A stretch of DNA of 64,000 bases from Candidatus Woesearchaeota archaeon (GTDB lineage Archaea; Nanobdellota; Nanobdellia; Pacearchaeales; GW2011-AR1), in NCBI GenBank assembly GCA_964594115.1, contig CAZQLD010000005.1, positions 749 to 64,748 on the forward strand. Direction: 5' to 3'. Both the position numbers and the translations under genes were made by a program. How positions within the stretch are numbered: the first letter of the stretch is position 1; each line of letters starts with the position of its first letter. Shown in pieces: positions 26,707 to 35,507 of the stretch. The notes beneath the pieces were generated by a model. The model was not told the origin of the DNA. It did no database searches and saw only the letters and a list, made by a program, of their open reading frames with translations.

Positions 26707-27114
26707 TTACTCCCTGGGTCTTTTAATCTTCTTTCTTATTTCATCTAAAGAAACCTTTAAAGTCGAAGCAAGGTCAATAATATATTTTCCTTCTTCTAAC
26801 TTAAATATCAAAGGTCTTTTTTTTGAAAATAAATTAACTATATCTATTTCAAATTTTCCCGGCCCAGTAAGTCTAATAGATTCTAAGTCAAGTATCACTG
26901 GGACTTCCTTTTCCTCTTCTAATCCAATCATCTCTCTAACATCTCTTTCTACTTGTTTCTTATCTACATTTTCTAGTTCTATAGTCTTTTGTTTTAACTC
27001 TTCTAACTGCTTTTTTCTCACAAAAAAGAAAAAATGACTGCCGCAACTACACCCCTTTAGCAGCTCAGGAGCTGCATCTTCATACATGTTTCCGCAATGA
27101 ACACACTGGTTAAT
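26707..27114 (-). CDS. Zn-ribbon protein (COG3364/DUF2072-like), probably initiated at a non-ATG (ATT) codon
   Basis: The track ORF starts at the ATG at 27087 (MYEDAAPELLKGCSCG). The open frame upstream reads I-N-Q-C-V-H-C-G-N and supplies the first CxxC of the ribbon. GGAGGT (27122-27127) sits 7 nt before the ATT at 27114-27112. Confidence 0.6.
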   Translation of the reverse strand: MNQCVHCGNMYEDAAPELLKGCSCGSHFFFFVRKKQLEELKQKTIELENVDKKQVERDVREMIGLEEEKEVPVILDLESIRLTGPGKFEIDIVNLFSKKRPLIFKLEEGKYIIDLASTLKVSLDEIRKKIKRPRE

Positions 27115-27170
27115 TTTAGTTACCTCCTAACATAATAATATACTTAACATGTTTATAAAATTTTCTTATC

Positions 27171-27812
27171 TTAAACAATCTTACCGCTTTTTCTCCGATT
27201 TTCTTCTTTTGTCAACCATTGAAGATTTTCCGGAGAAAATGCCTTTTTAAGTTGTTTCAAGTTTGTTAAATCAAATAAATGTAGTGGGATTATATGATCA
27301 ATTTCAAAACTTTTTAGATTTTCTGGGAAGGGTTTTAAATGTTCTATTACTTTTTTCCAATCAATACCATACTTTTTTGAACTCATTATCTTACCTGTTT
27401 TTGAGTATTTAGTCATTGCGTGATTTAATGAACGACGCAGCCTATCTGCAATAAGAAATTCTTTATCAGTTAATCTTCTTGCTTTATCTCGCTCTCTAAT
27501 TCTGGTTCTTACCTCGGGTCTTTTTCCATATTCTTTCCAAAAAAGCCTTCTTTTTTCTCTATACTTAGTTGCTGCTAAAATTCTGTTCTTCTCTTTAAAT
27601 TCTGGTGTCTGCCTGTGTAATCTCAAACGTTTTCTATTTTTTTCTTTAAAGGCAGGTGTCTGTTGATATCTGTGAGCATATTTTCTTATCTTTTTATTTA
27701 CTTCAGGCCTTCTGTAGTAGTGTTTTCTCTGGCATAAGTCACTACAAAATCTTTTAGCTCTTGTTTTTGCTTTAATTTTCTTTCCACAAAATTCACAAAT
27801 TTTTATTATCAT
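27171..27812 (-). CDS. HNH endonuclease-family protein with an N-terminal Zn-finger and basic tandem repeats
   Basis: N-terminus CEFCGK...RFCSDLCQ. Repeats RQTPAFKEKNRKR / RQTPEFKEKNRIL / KRPEVRTRIRER. C-terminal HNH core FEIDHIIPL...NLQWLTKEENRRK. Confidence 0.7.
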   Translation of the reverse strand: MIIKICEFCGKKIKAKTRAKRFCSDLCQRKHYYRRPEVNKKIRKYAHRYQQTPAFKEKNRKRLRLHRQTPEFKEKNRILAATKYREKRRLFWKEYGKRPEVRTRIRERDKARRLTDKEFLIADRLRRSLNHAMTKYSKTGKIMSSKKYGIDWKKVIEHLKPFPENLKSFEIDHIIPLHLFDLTNLKQLKKAFSPENLQWLTKEENRRKSGKIV

Positions 27813-27967
27813 TTTTTTACAATTACCAGATACACTTCTTTTCCAAGATATTCTTTAGGACAACTAACTTTAGCACTATTTCCAAATTTAGTAACTTTTC
27901 TCTTAACAAATCCTTTAATATTAGTTAAGATAAGCTTGGTTTTAGCATTAATTTTTACCCTTTTCAT
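27809..27967 (-). CDS. small AbrB/SpoVT-like protein resembling the DUF2080 'transposon-encoded protein' family (52 aa)
   Basis: Translated by hand as MKRVKINAKTKLILTNIKGFVKRKVTKFGNSAKVSCPKEYLGKEVYLVIVKK. The FGNSAKVSxPKEYLGKEV core fits. Its TGA overlaps the HNH ATG (ATGA). Below the ORF-track size cutoff. Confidence 0.55.
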   Translation of the reverse strand: MKRVKINAKTKLILTNIKGFVKRKVTKFGNSAKVSCPKEYLGKEVYLVIVKK

Positions 27968-27988
27968 AGGATATACTAAGTATATCCT
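27968..27988. promoter_or_regulatory. perfect 9-bp inverted repeat (AGGATATAC-TAA-GTATATCCT) abutting the start codon of the small AbrB-like gene; candidate operator
   Basis: Read directly from the sequence. TATA-like TTATATAT and CTTATATATT elements lie just upstream on the minus strand (27990-28020). Confidence 0.35.
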
Positions 27989-28203
27989 AATATATAAGCT
28001 TTATTATAGTGGAATATATAAATTAGAATGTTAAATTGGAGTTGGAATTTAACAAAAGAAGTAGTTGATCAAGAGCATTCTTTCAAAGAAGTTGAAGTAA
28101 AGGCATAATTAAAAAATTATGCTTTTGAATCTCTCAAAAAGTATAATGCCCCCACCGGGGTCGAAATTCAACTAATTTGTGCAATACCTACTTAAATATA
28201 GGC

Positions 28204-28593
28204 TCACTTTTTCATCAATATCTCTATTTTTCTCGGGTCTCTTTTTATTTCCCTTACTATTGATGCTGGACCAATAATAGTTATAGATTCTTGAGCTCCT
28301 AATGCTCTAGCTAAACTATGCTTAAACCTGCCAAAAAAACTAAGATTATCAGAATTTGAATTTATTGTAGCCAATTCTATTCCTTTAAATTTCTTAACAT
28401 GCCCGACCATTGCCATTGTATCCTCTATAAGTCTGGCCTCTTCTTCAGGATGAAGTTTTCCTTGTAATATGATTATTCTGTTTCCAAGCACTATACTGAG
28501 AAGCTTCTTTATTCTGGCTCCACTATCTAAGGTTTCAATTTCAGTATAAGGAATAAACTGGATTGTCAAACCTTTTAGTTTTTTCTTTGCCAT
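28204..28593 (-). CDS. conserved archaeal protein (DUF2073-like), partner of the adjacent GTPase
   Basis: 129 aa, ending in TGA. GLTIQFIPYTEIETLDSGARIKKLLSIVLGNRIIILQGKLHPEEEARLIE. Family assignment is from memory of the GTPase/DUF2073/Zn-ribbon neighbourhood and was not searched. Confidence 0.45.
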   Translation of the reverse strand: MAKKKLKGLTIQFIPYTEIETLDSGARIKKLLSIVLGNRIIILQGKLHPEEEARLIEDTMAMVGHVKKFKGIELATINSNSDNLSFFGRFKHSLARALGAQESITIIGPASIVREIKRDPRKIEILMKK

Positions 28594-28637
28594 TTTTACC
28601 TCTTTTTTCTTTATATGAAATATAAATCTTGCAATAT

Positions 28638-29279
28638 TTAAGCTTTTTTAGCTAATCTAAAAATTGATTCATAAAATTCTTCCATATTTTTTCCATATTT
28701 GCCTGAAATTCCAACTACCTCATATTCTGGAAAAGCTGCCTCAACTCTTTTCAAATCTGCCTTCTTTAGGTCAATTTTATTTCCAACAACAAGCACAGGA
28801 ATTTTCCTAGCCACAAGATTGCCAATAATTGTAATATTTACCTGGCTGTAGGGATTTTTAGTTGCATCAAGAACAACAATAACTGCCTGCATGTCATCAA
28901 GCCACTTTATAGCATCTATTATTCCCTGAGTTGCTTCTTTTGCTCTTTTTTGAGCATCCTTCTTATTCATCTTGAATCTCATAAAGTCCTCATAATCTAT
29001 TTTTGTAGCTATTCCCGGAGTATCTACTATTTTTAAAGAGAGCTTTTTTCCTTTGTACTCTATATCAACTTTCTCTTTAAACTGTACTGTTCGAGTTTCA
29101 TGAGGAATCTTACTTGTCTTTCCTAGTCCTTCACCTGTCCAGTCTTTGCATATTTTATTTGCAAGAGTTGTCTTACCTCCATTCGGAGGACCATAAAAAC
29201 CCAGACTAAGCTCTTTTTTACCTTTAAATATGCCAGAAAAGATTCTTTTCATAAAATTCCTTACTATTTTTATAACCAT
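28638..29279 (-). CDS. small GTP-binding protein
   Basis: G1 GPPNGGKTT, G3 DTPG, G4 GNKID. An alternative start is MKRIFSG. Confidence 0.8.
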   Translation of the reverse strand: MVIKIVRNFMKRIFSGIFKGKKELSLGFYGPPNGGKTTLANKICKDWTGEGLGKTSKIPHETRTVQFKEKVDIEYKGKKLSLKIVDTPGIATKIDYEDFMRFKMNKKDAQKRAKEATQGIIDAIKWLDDMQAVIVVLDATKNPYSQVNITIIGNLVARKIPVLVVGNKIDLKKADLKRVEAAFPEYEVVGISGKYGKNMEEFYESIFRLAKKA

Positions 29280-29348
29280 CTTTTCAAATATATTTTTTCT
29301 TTTTTTAAGAAAAGAAAGCTTGTTTTTAAACTTTCTGTATATTTTTAT

Positions 29349-32036
29349 CTAATACTGTGCAGGAACATAACTTTCCCATTTTTTCCTTTTTTCAAGCTCT
29401 TTTTTAAGTTTCCTTTTTTCAAATGGCCTAAAGATAGGAATTTCCCACATCCCTGTTCTTTTTCCTTTTAATTTTTTTAAAGCATAAATTATCTGTTCAG
29501 AATTCCAGTTATAATCTTCTAATTTTTTCATTATAACCTTTTTTTCAAATCCTTGATTTAACGCATTATTTATAAAATTTATTAAATTATAAAGATCATT
29601 TCTGTTTCTAAATAAATGCTTTTCATAATGTCTTTTATACCATTCTTGTAATGTGATGTAAACTACAAAAGCAATAAATAATAATATTCCTATCCACATC
29701 ATTATTTTTCCCCAAGGTCTTGTATGACAGTCATTTATACAATTCTCCTCTGTTTCTCCTTGAGCTTTCTCACACACCCCATCATTATCACAAGGAGATA
29801 TTTCCCCATTTAGGTCAGGCAATTGAGAAAATTCAGGGGAGATATAAAGAGGCAAGTTCATAAGTTCTATTTTTTCTGGAAGAATAAATTCTATGACTTC
29901 TTCTTTATCTTTCTCAAGTGCAGAAAAAGTTATTACTGTTGCTTCTCCTACAGCTTTTTCATTATAATTCTCTTTAAAGGTTGTTTCAGCATAATTCCGG
30001 TCTATAATTAAAAAAACCTCTCCAAGATTTTTTTTTGCTTTTATTTTTAAGACAGATGCAGTTAAGACAGGAGCTTGTTCATTAGGATACTGCAAATAAA
30101 ACCCTTTGTTTTCTATTTTTATTTCTATATTTTCATTAATCCAAGCAATAATACCCTCAGTATATTCTTTCGGGTTTTCTACATTTTCTGTAAGCTCTAT
30201 TAGGTAAATAGGGTCTATATTTTCTGGAGATGGAAGAAAATCTCCACTAGAGCTGCTGCTCTTTAAAGAAGAAGGCACTTTAAGATTCATTAAATTAGTC
30301 ATTATTTTAACATATTCACTGGATAAAGATGCAAGTTCATATTGTTTTTCCAAGTTATTTAATTCTGCTTCTATAGCATCAAGAGCCAGTATATTATTTA
30401 TTTCTCCTTTGTACCATCCAGTTAATGTTTCTACTTGTTTCTTAATTGCATTTAAATCCTGTTTTTTCTCTGCAATTGTTCTGTTTATCTCTTCCTCTGG
30501 GCTTTTAACATTAACAGAAAATGTTTTGCTTGATTCTCCAGCATTATTTATAGCTGTGACTTTTAGCTCATAGAGTCCTATTTCAGAATAAGTATGATAT
30601 GTATTATTTTCTGTAGTTGTTCCTGTTGTGCCGTCTCCGAATTCCCATCTGTATTTTGTTGCATTACCAGAAGCAAAAACTATAAATCTGACCGGCATAG
30701 CAGCAGGCAAGTTTAAAGGTATGACAGAGTCTATTACTGGCGCCTTTACAATCTTAATTTTTTCACTAGCTATTCCTATCCCATCTAATCTTAAGCTTAA
30801 AGTTTTATTACCATAACTTGTAGGAACACTTAAGTTAGCTTTTTCTAAATCTAGTTTTTGAAAATTCATGTCTATTTCTGCAGGTTCTTCTATTAGGTCA
30901 TAAATACTTGAAGTTGTAGTAGTAATTCCAGAAGTATAAGTAAGTCCAACATTTGAAATAATTATTGTTTGTTGTTCTCCTGAGATAAACTCTATTGGAA
31001 TGATACATCCATTTGTACAGTCATTATCATATCTGTCATTAACATAGTCTCCTATATATTCTTTTAGGTTAATAATAATCCCTGCATTTGAAACTTCGTC
31101 ATCATTTAAAGCAAAACTTCCAATGGGGGCATATTCTCCAGCTTGTGCAAATATTGCAAAATCATAATCATACTCCTCATAACTTCCAGAAAAGCCACAA
31201 GGAGCATTTTGCTCATAGTTAATTTTATACTTTTTATTATCATTATAATCTTTTGTGCGTATGCATACAAAAAAATCTTGTTCTTCAGTAACTACAAGAT
31301 CTACACTACAGCTAATTTTTCCACTTCCTGAAGTACTAGCAGTACAACTTTTATCATAATCATCATTATAAATACGAATCTCAAAATCAACAGCTCCTCC
31401 GGTGTTTTCAATAACATCTGCACCTATTTTTACATTTGAAGAAAGTGGGAGAGTTATTTTTTCACAGTAATCTGTTTGAGTTATTTCTGCCTGGCCTGCA
31501 ATCTCTCCTGAATTATAACACCCATAGTCTTCAGCAGCAAAATTACCAGAAGGTAAATAAGCTCTCCATTCTAATTTATTGTCATTTAAAATATCTACAA
31601 ATAATTGAGGATAGCCTGACTCTCCAGCATCACTTTCTATATTCATAGAAAAACTAGAAATGCCCTCAATATTTCCATTAATTTTCAGTCCAATAAGTTT
31701 CTTATCTCCAAAATTAAGAGAAAATGTTTTATTAGTAGCCTTGCCTGATTCAGAATATCCAGATTCACAATCAATAGGAGAACAAGTGAAGTCTGAATCA
31801 ATAAATAAATCATTGTTTTTTAAGAAATCTAAAATGCCTATATTATCGCTAAAAGCACTTAATAGGCTGCTTGCTGGTTCATTCTGTAAGCTGATATTAA
31901 TCCAGCCTCTTAGATTCTCTCCTGGAGCATAGCTTGTTTCTATACTAAAATTTCCTGTTGTAAAAGATGCAGAAGCTAAATTTGCTGAGACAAACAAAGC
32001 AAGCATCAAAATTACTATTAAAAAACATGTTTTCAT
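29349..32036 (-). CDS. large surface protein with a PKD domain, a C-terminal TM and a ~100-aa cytoplasmic tail
   Basis: Signal peptide. PKD signature YRWEFGDGTTGTTTENNTYHTYSEIGLYELKVTAINNAGES. Coiled-coil segment, Cys-rich stalk (CDNDGVCEKAQGETEENCINDC), TM WIGILLFIAFVVYITL. Confidence 0.7.
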   Translation of the reverse strand: MKTCFLIVILMLALFVSANLASASFTTGNFSIETSYAPGENLRGWINISLQNEPASSLLSAFSDNIGILDFLKNNDLFIDSDFTCSPIDCESGYSESGKATNKTFSLNFGDKKLIGLKINGNIEGISSFSMNIESDAGESGYPQLFVDILNDNKLEWRAYLPSGNFAAEDYGCYNSGEIAGQAEITQTDYCEKITLPLSSNVKIGADVIENTGGAVDFEIRIYNDDYDKSCTASTSGSGKISCSVDLVVTEEQDFFVCIRTKDYNDNKKYKINYEQNAPCGFSGSYEEYDYDFAIFAQAGEYAPIGSFALNDDEVSNAGIIINLKEYIGDYVNDRYDNDCTNGCIIPIEFISGEQQTIIISNVGLTYTSGITTTTSSIYDLIEEPAEIDMNFQKLDLEKANLSVPTSYGNKTLSLRLDGIGIASEKIKIVKAPVIDSVIPLNLPAAMPVRFIVFASGNATKYRWEFGDGTTGTTTENNTYHTYSEIGLYELKVTAINNAGESSKTFSVNVKSPEEEINRTIAEKKQDLNAIKKQVETLTGWYKGEINNILALDAIEAELNNLEKQYELASLSSEYVKIMTNLMNLKVPSSLKSSSSSGDFLPSPENIDPIYLIELTENVENPKEYTEGIIAWINENIEIKIENKGFYLQYPNEQAPVLTASVLKIKAKKNLGEVFLIIDRNYAETTFKENYNEKAVGEATVITFSALEKDKEEVIEFILPEKIELMNLPLYISPEFSQLPDLNGEISPCDNDGVCEKAQGETEENCINDCHTRPWGKIMMWIGILLFIAFVVYITLQEWYKRHYEKHLFRNRNDLYNLINFINNALNQGFEKKVIMKKLEDYNWNSEQIIYALKKLKGKRTGMWEIPIFRPFEKRKLKKELEKRKKWESYVPAQY

Positions 32037-34814
32037 CTAAACCTCTTTTTTTAAACTTAATTTTTTATTTTTCCTAGAAAGCCATACAATATAAATAAAA
32101 GCTATAACAATAACAGCAATTATCAAATTTTGAAGTGTGAAAAAAGGAAGGCGCGTTGAGCATCTGAATTTTTCACTGCCATCTTCACACCAAACAGGTT
32201 TTGGAGGTTCTCCACTCCATGTAGTGTTCCAAGAATAAAATATATATCCTGAATTATCACAATCATCTCTTTTTTCTATTTCTTGCCAATCGCAATTCCC
32301 GTCTATATCTATACTAGAATCTCCAGGACAGGTCCAGTTTGTTCTAGATGATTTTGGCCCGCATGTGTCATCTCCACTGTCCCACTCGCATCTGCAATCA
32401 ACCACAAATCTATAGCAAGTCTTTCCGCCTATAACTTTAGACTCTTTATAAGAACCATCACAAATACCCTCTATCCCAGTATATTTTACCACACTTCTCT
32501 TTGCAACATCATAGTCAAAACCCTCACAATCAAACTGATTATCATATTCTGAACAAAAGTCAGGTGCTGGCTCTCCTTCGCACCTAAATTCTGCTGTGCT
32601 TACTTTTTTGCATCTCTTATCCGAAGGGCAACAGGTTTTTGAAGGTACACCATTTCCTCTAAAACAATCATTCATACTGTCTGTTTCTACTAAGCCCCCA
32701 CTTTCCCATGTTTTCCAAACAAGTTTCTCACGGTCACATACTGGATTTGTAGACAAAAGTTCAAAACCAACACTTGTTATGCTGCTCCAAAGAAAGTTTA
32801 TGCCACCCAAAAGCGAGTCATATCCTACTTTTAAGTTTGCCCAGTGCTTTTTTGGCTCAAAAAAAGTCTTACTAAACTCCACAACATTATTATAATCATT
32901 ATTCCAGTTTCCAAACCTATTTCCTCCATCACTCCCTACCTCGCTAAAACTCCAGTTAAACCATAGATTATACTCATTAGGTATAGAAGATTTACTTAAA
33001 TCATAACAATACAAGTCCCCTACAGCATAGCAAGAAGAACAGTTATCAGTTGTGCAATTAGAAACATAGCTATCTTTTGCACTAAAGTTTATGAGACTTG
33101 AAGCTGGGGAGAAAATATAGCCTGCAGGAGGCTCTGTTATAATCGCAAAAACATTTATAGAGCGGTCATAAATAAAAACATTTGTAGAATCATAAGCTTC
33201 TCTTCCTCTTCCAATTTCTTTTGCTATTAATTCAACATCTTTAGTTCCATGGCTAGCATATGAATGTGTTGTGTCGCAATCTTCTAATGATTTAATGCAT
33301 GTTTTTGTACTGCCATCTCCAAAATACCATGTAACCTCTAAATCATCATCTGGGTCAAAAGAAGTTTGATTAAAGTTAATATTATTTCCTATCTTAAATC
33401 TTCTGCTTGTTATTGGCAAGCTTTTTGAAGGATAGTCTATAATTGCAACAGGAGGGTCATTGCTTTCTGGAGCTGTTACTTCTAGATATTGCCATTCAGG
33501 AGTATTATTTAGTGTGCTCAGCCATTCTCCCCCTTCTGCTCTTGCCTTAAAATAATATTTTCCTTCTTCTAAACCTCCACTTCCATCATCTCCTGCTCTC
33601 CAGGTTGTAAAACCTAAACCAGAAGCTTGAGCTACCCTGCTATCAAACCAAAATCTAACTGATTTATAAATCTCATATTCTATATTTTTTCCTAACAAGT
33701 TTTTATCATCTACTACTAATTTAACTAAGTCATTTAAGTCTGATTTATTTGTTGCTACTCCTAACATATTTGTCCAGTATACCTGCCCTAGAGCTTTTGA
33801 CTGGCAGCAAATTTTTATTGGATAATTAGTGTCTGCAGCATCTGAAATATGAGAATTTGTATTTTGATATAATCTTACAACAATCTCCCCCCCGTTAGTA
33901 CAGCTATCTCCTGCACTTGTATCAGATTCACATTCTAAATCTCCATAACAAACATCATTTGTATAAACTGTCCCTTCTGGAATTTCAGCATGAGAATTAG
34001 TCATATCAAACAAGCCAAGAACTTTATTTGTTCCAGTACAAGTGTGAACTCCATTACACTCTGCTACTCCTGCACCAAAAATATCACTGCAGCAAATATC
34101 ATAAAAATAATTAGAGTCATTCCATAAAGCACCATGAGAATTATTTTGAGAAAAAAGTTTCATTATCCTGTCATCATCTGGGCAGGAGTTTGTTAAAGGG
34201 GGAGGAGGTGTTGAAGGTTCAGGACCCCAAGCTCTTAATTCATATAATCGGGAGTTAAGATATAAATGATCACCAGAAGCTGTTGAATATCCAGAGATTT
34301 CTACTTTCACCTTGCTTACATTATACCAAGGTCCTCCGCTTGTAATTTGTTGTGCAGCTTTTCCTCCATTGTAAAAACTTCTGCTATAAATTTGATTCCA
34401 CTGATTATTGTAGTACAAAAAAGTCCTTTCATAATAGCCTCTTAAATTTGTAGCAGCATAACCTTCTCTAACATACTCTACTTTATTTATAACATCAGCA
34501 GTTTGTGGAAATGTAACAATTGCCTCATATATATATTTAACACAAGCGCGATCCCAATCACATTGGCTTGTTGAATACCCCAACTCACCCTCTGCTAAAA
34601 CTCCCTGCCAAGTGCTTGTATCATTATCATTTATTCTTAAAGGATTACTTCTATGCCACACAATATTAGGAGAAGGATACCCCCATTCATAAAGATTATT
34701 AACCTCTGGAGTCCCACTTAATGCATAATTAACATCAGCCCTAACTCCTCCAATCAAACCTATAATTAATCCAAATACAGCTAAGACTAATAAATTTCTC
34801 ATTCCTCTTTTCAT
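32037..34814 (-). CDS. large Cys-rich surface protein: discoidin-like N-terminal domain, three NSH...CC repeats, PKD domain, C-terminal TM
   Basis: Signal peptide. ...LNSRLYELRAWG ends like an F5/8 type C domain. PKD signature VTWYFGDGSTKTC...HSYASHGTKDVELIAKE. C-terminal LIIAVIVIAFIYIVW. Its stop abuts the downstream gene's ATG. Confidence 0.7.
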   Translation of the reverse strand: MKRGMRNLLVLAVFGLIIGLIGGVRADVNYALSGTPEVNNLYEWGYPSPNIVWHRSNPLRINDNDTSTWQGVLAEGELGYSTSQCDWDRACVKYIYEAIVTFPQTADVINKVEYVREGYAATNLRGYYERTFLYYNNQWNQIYSRSFYNGGKAAQQITSGGPWYNVSKVKVEISGYSTASGDHLYLNSRLYELRAWGPEPSTPPPPLTNSCPDDDRIMKLFSQNNSHGALWNDSNYFYDICCSDIFGAGVAECNGVHTCTGTNKVLGLFDMTNSHAEIPEGTVYTNDVCYGDLECESDTSAGDSCTNGGEIVVRLYQNTNSHISDAADTNYPIKICCQSKALGQVYWTNMLGVATNKSDLNDLVKLVVDDKNLLGKNIEYEIYKSVRFWFDSRVAQASGLGFTTWRAGDDGSGGLEEGKYYFKARAEGGEWLSTLNNTPEWQYLEVTAPESNDPPVAIIDYPSKSLPITSRRFKIGNNINFNQTSFDPDDDLEVTWYFGDGSTKTCIKSLEDCDTTHSYASHGTKDVELIAKEIGRGREAYDSTNVFIYDRSINVFAIITEPPAGYIFSPASSLINFSAKDSYVSNCTTDNCSSCYAVGDLYCYDLSKSSIPNEYNLWFNWSFSEVGSDGGNRFGNWNNDYNNVVEFSKTFFEPKKHWANLKVGYDSLLGGINFLWSSITSVGFELLSTNPVCDREKLVWKTWESGGLVETDSMNDCFRGNGVPSKTCCPSDKRCKKVSTAEFRCEGEPAPDFCSEYDNQFDCEGFDYDVAKRSVVKYTGIEGICDGSYKESKVIGGKTCYRFVVDCRCEWDSGDDTCGPKSSRTNWTCPGDSSIDIDGNCDWQEIEKRDDCDNSGYIFYSWNTTWSGEPPKPVWCEDGSEKFRCSTRLPFFTLQNLIIAVIVIAFIYIVWLSRKNKKLSLKKEV

Positions 34815-34874
34815 ATTTTATAAAGAAAAAAGATGTTTATAAATATTCCTTTTACACTTAATTTCTCGTACTTC

Positions 34875-35083
34875 AAAACATATTTAAATACCTAATCCCT
34901 TTTGTTTTTATAAAAAAGAGTAAAATGATAAGCATACAAATCCAAAAAAAAGACCTATGGCTTTTAGCAGCAATTATGGTTTTCTTAGTTGGAGTAGGAT
35001 ATGTAATAGCCTATGATTGGACAACAGGAACTGGAACAGGCCAGCCTTCAATTCACGGGCATACTGCTAATGAGATTGAAGGA
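34875..35083 (+). repeat. 209-bp direct repeat, copy 1 (promoter + 5' coding module)
   Basis: Near-identical to 37352..37560. Starts at AAAACATATTTAAATAC, 50 nt upstream of the ATG, and ends at GAGATTGAAGGA. Confidence 0.85.
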
Positions 35084-35485
35084 GGGGTTGGAGGTGGACA
35101 AACTTGGGAAAGTGATTGGATTGCTGTAAGTGCAAAAAAGGTATATGCAAATGGGGGTACTGACGCAGCAGGAAACACAATTAATTTAAATCATAATTTA
35201 GGAAAAAGTAGTCTTTTTATACAGGTATTATATGCTAAGGAGATAGGAACTTTTCCTACCTCTCCTAATTTAAATACTATAACTTATAATACTGCTCACA
35301 GTGATTCAAATATTGATTGGAGAAGTGTCCATGGAGGTGTTTTAGTGCAAGGCATTAATAATAATTCTATAGATAAATTAGTTACTGGACATGAGAATGT
35401 TGCTATTTGGGCAGATAGTCCTGTTAGTTGGAATAGTATGAGAGAATCAAGTGGCTGGATAAAAATCCTTGCAACTACTGGATAA
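34925..35485 (+). CDS. small N-terminally anchored secreted protein, variant 1 (186 aa) with an HGHTANEIEG motif
   Basis: The N-terminal ~53 aa are shared with the ORF at 37402. The C-terminal ~130 aa are unique and look beta-rich. Confidence 0.6.
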   Translation: MISIQIQKKDLWLLAAIMVFLVGVGYVIAYDWTTGTGTGQPSIHGHTANEIEGGVGGGQTWESDWIAVSAKKVYANGGTDAAGNTINLNHNLGKSSLFIQVLYAKEIGTFPTSPNLNTITYNTAHSDSNIDWRSVHGGVLVQGINNNSIDKLVTGHENVAIWADSPVSWNSMRESSGWIKILATTG

Positions 35486-35507
35486 AATAAATTTTTCAAA
35501 ATCTTCA

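Noticed and set aside
28141-28175. Possible tRNA 3' fragment (…CACCGGGGTCGAAATTCA…) as an integration att site for the HNH cassette.
   Set aside because: There is no T-stem complementarity around the TCGAA, and no acceptor-stem match to the tRNA-Leu or any foldable cloverleaf part.
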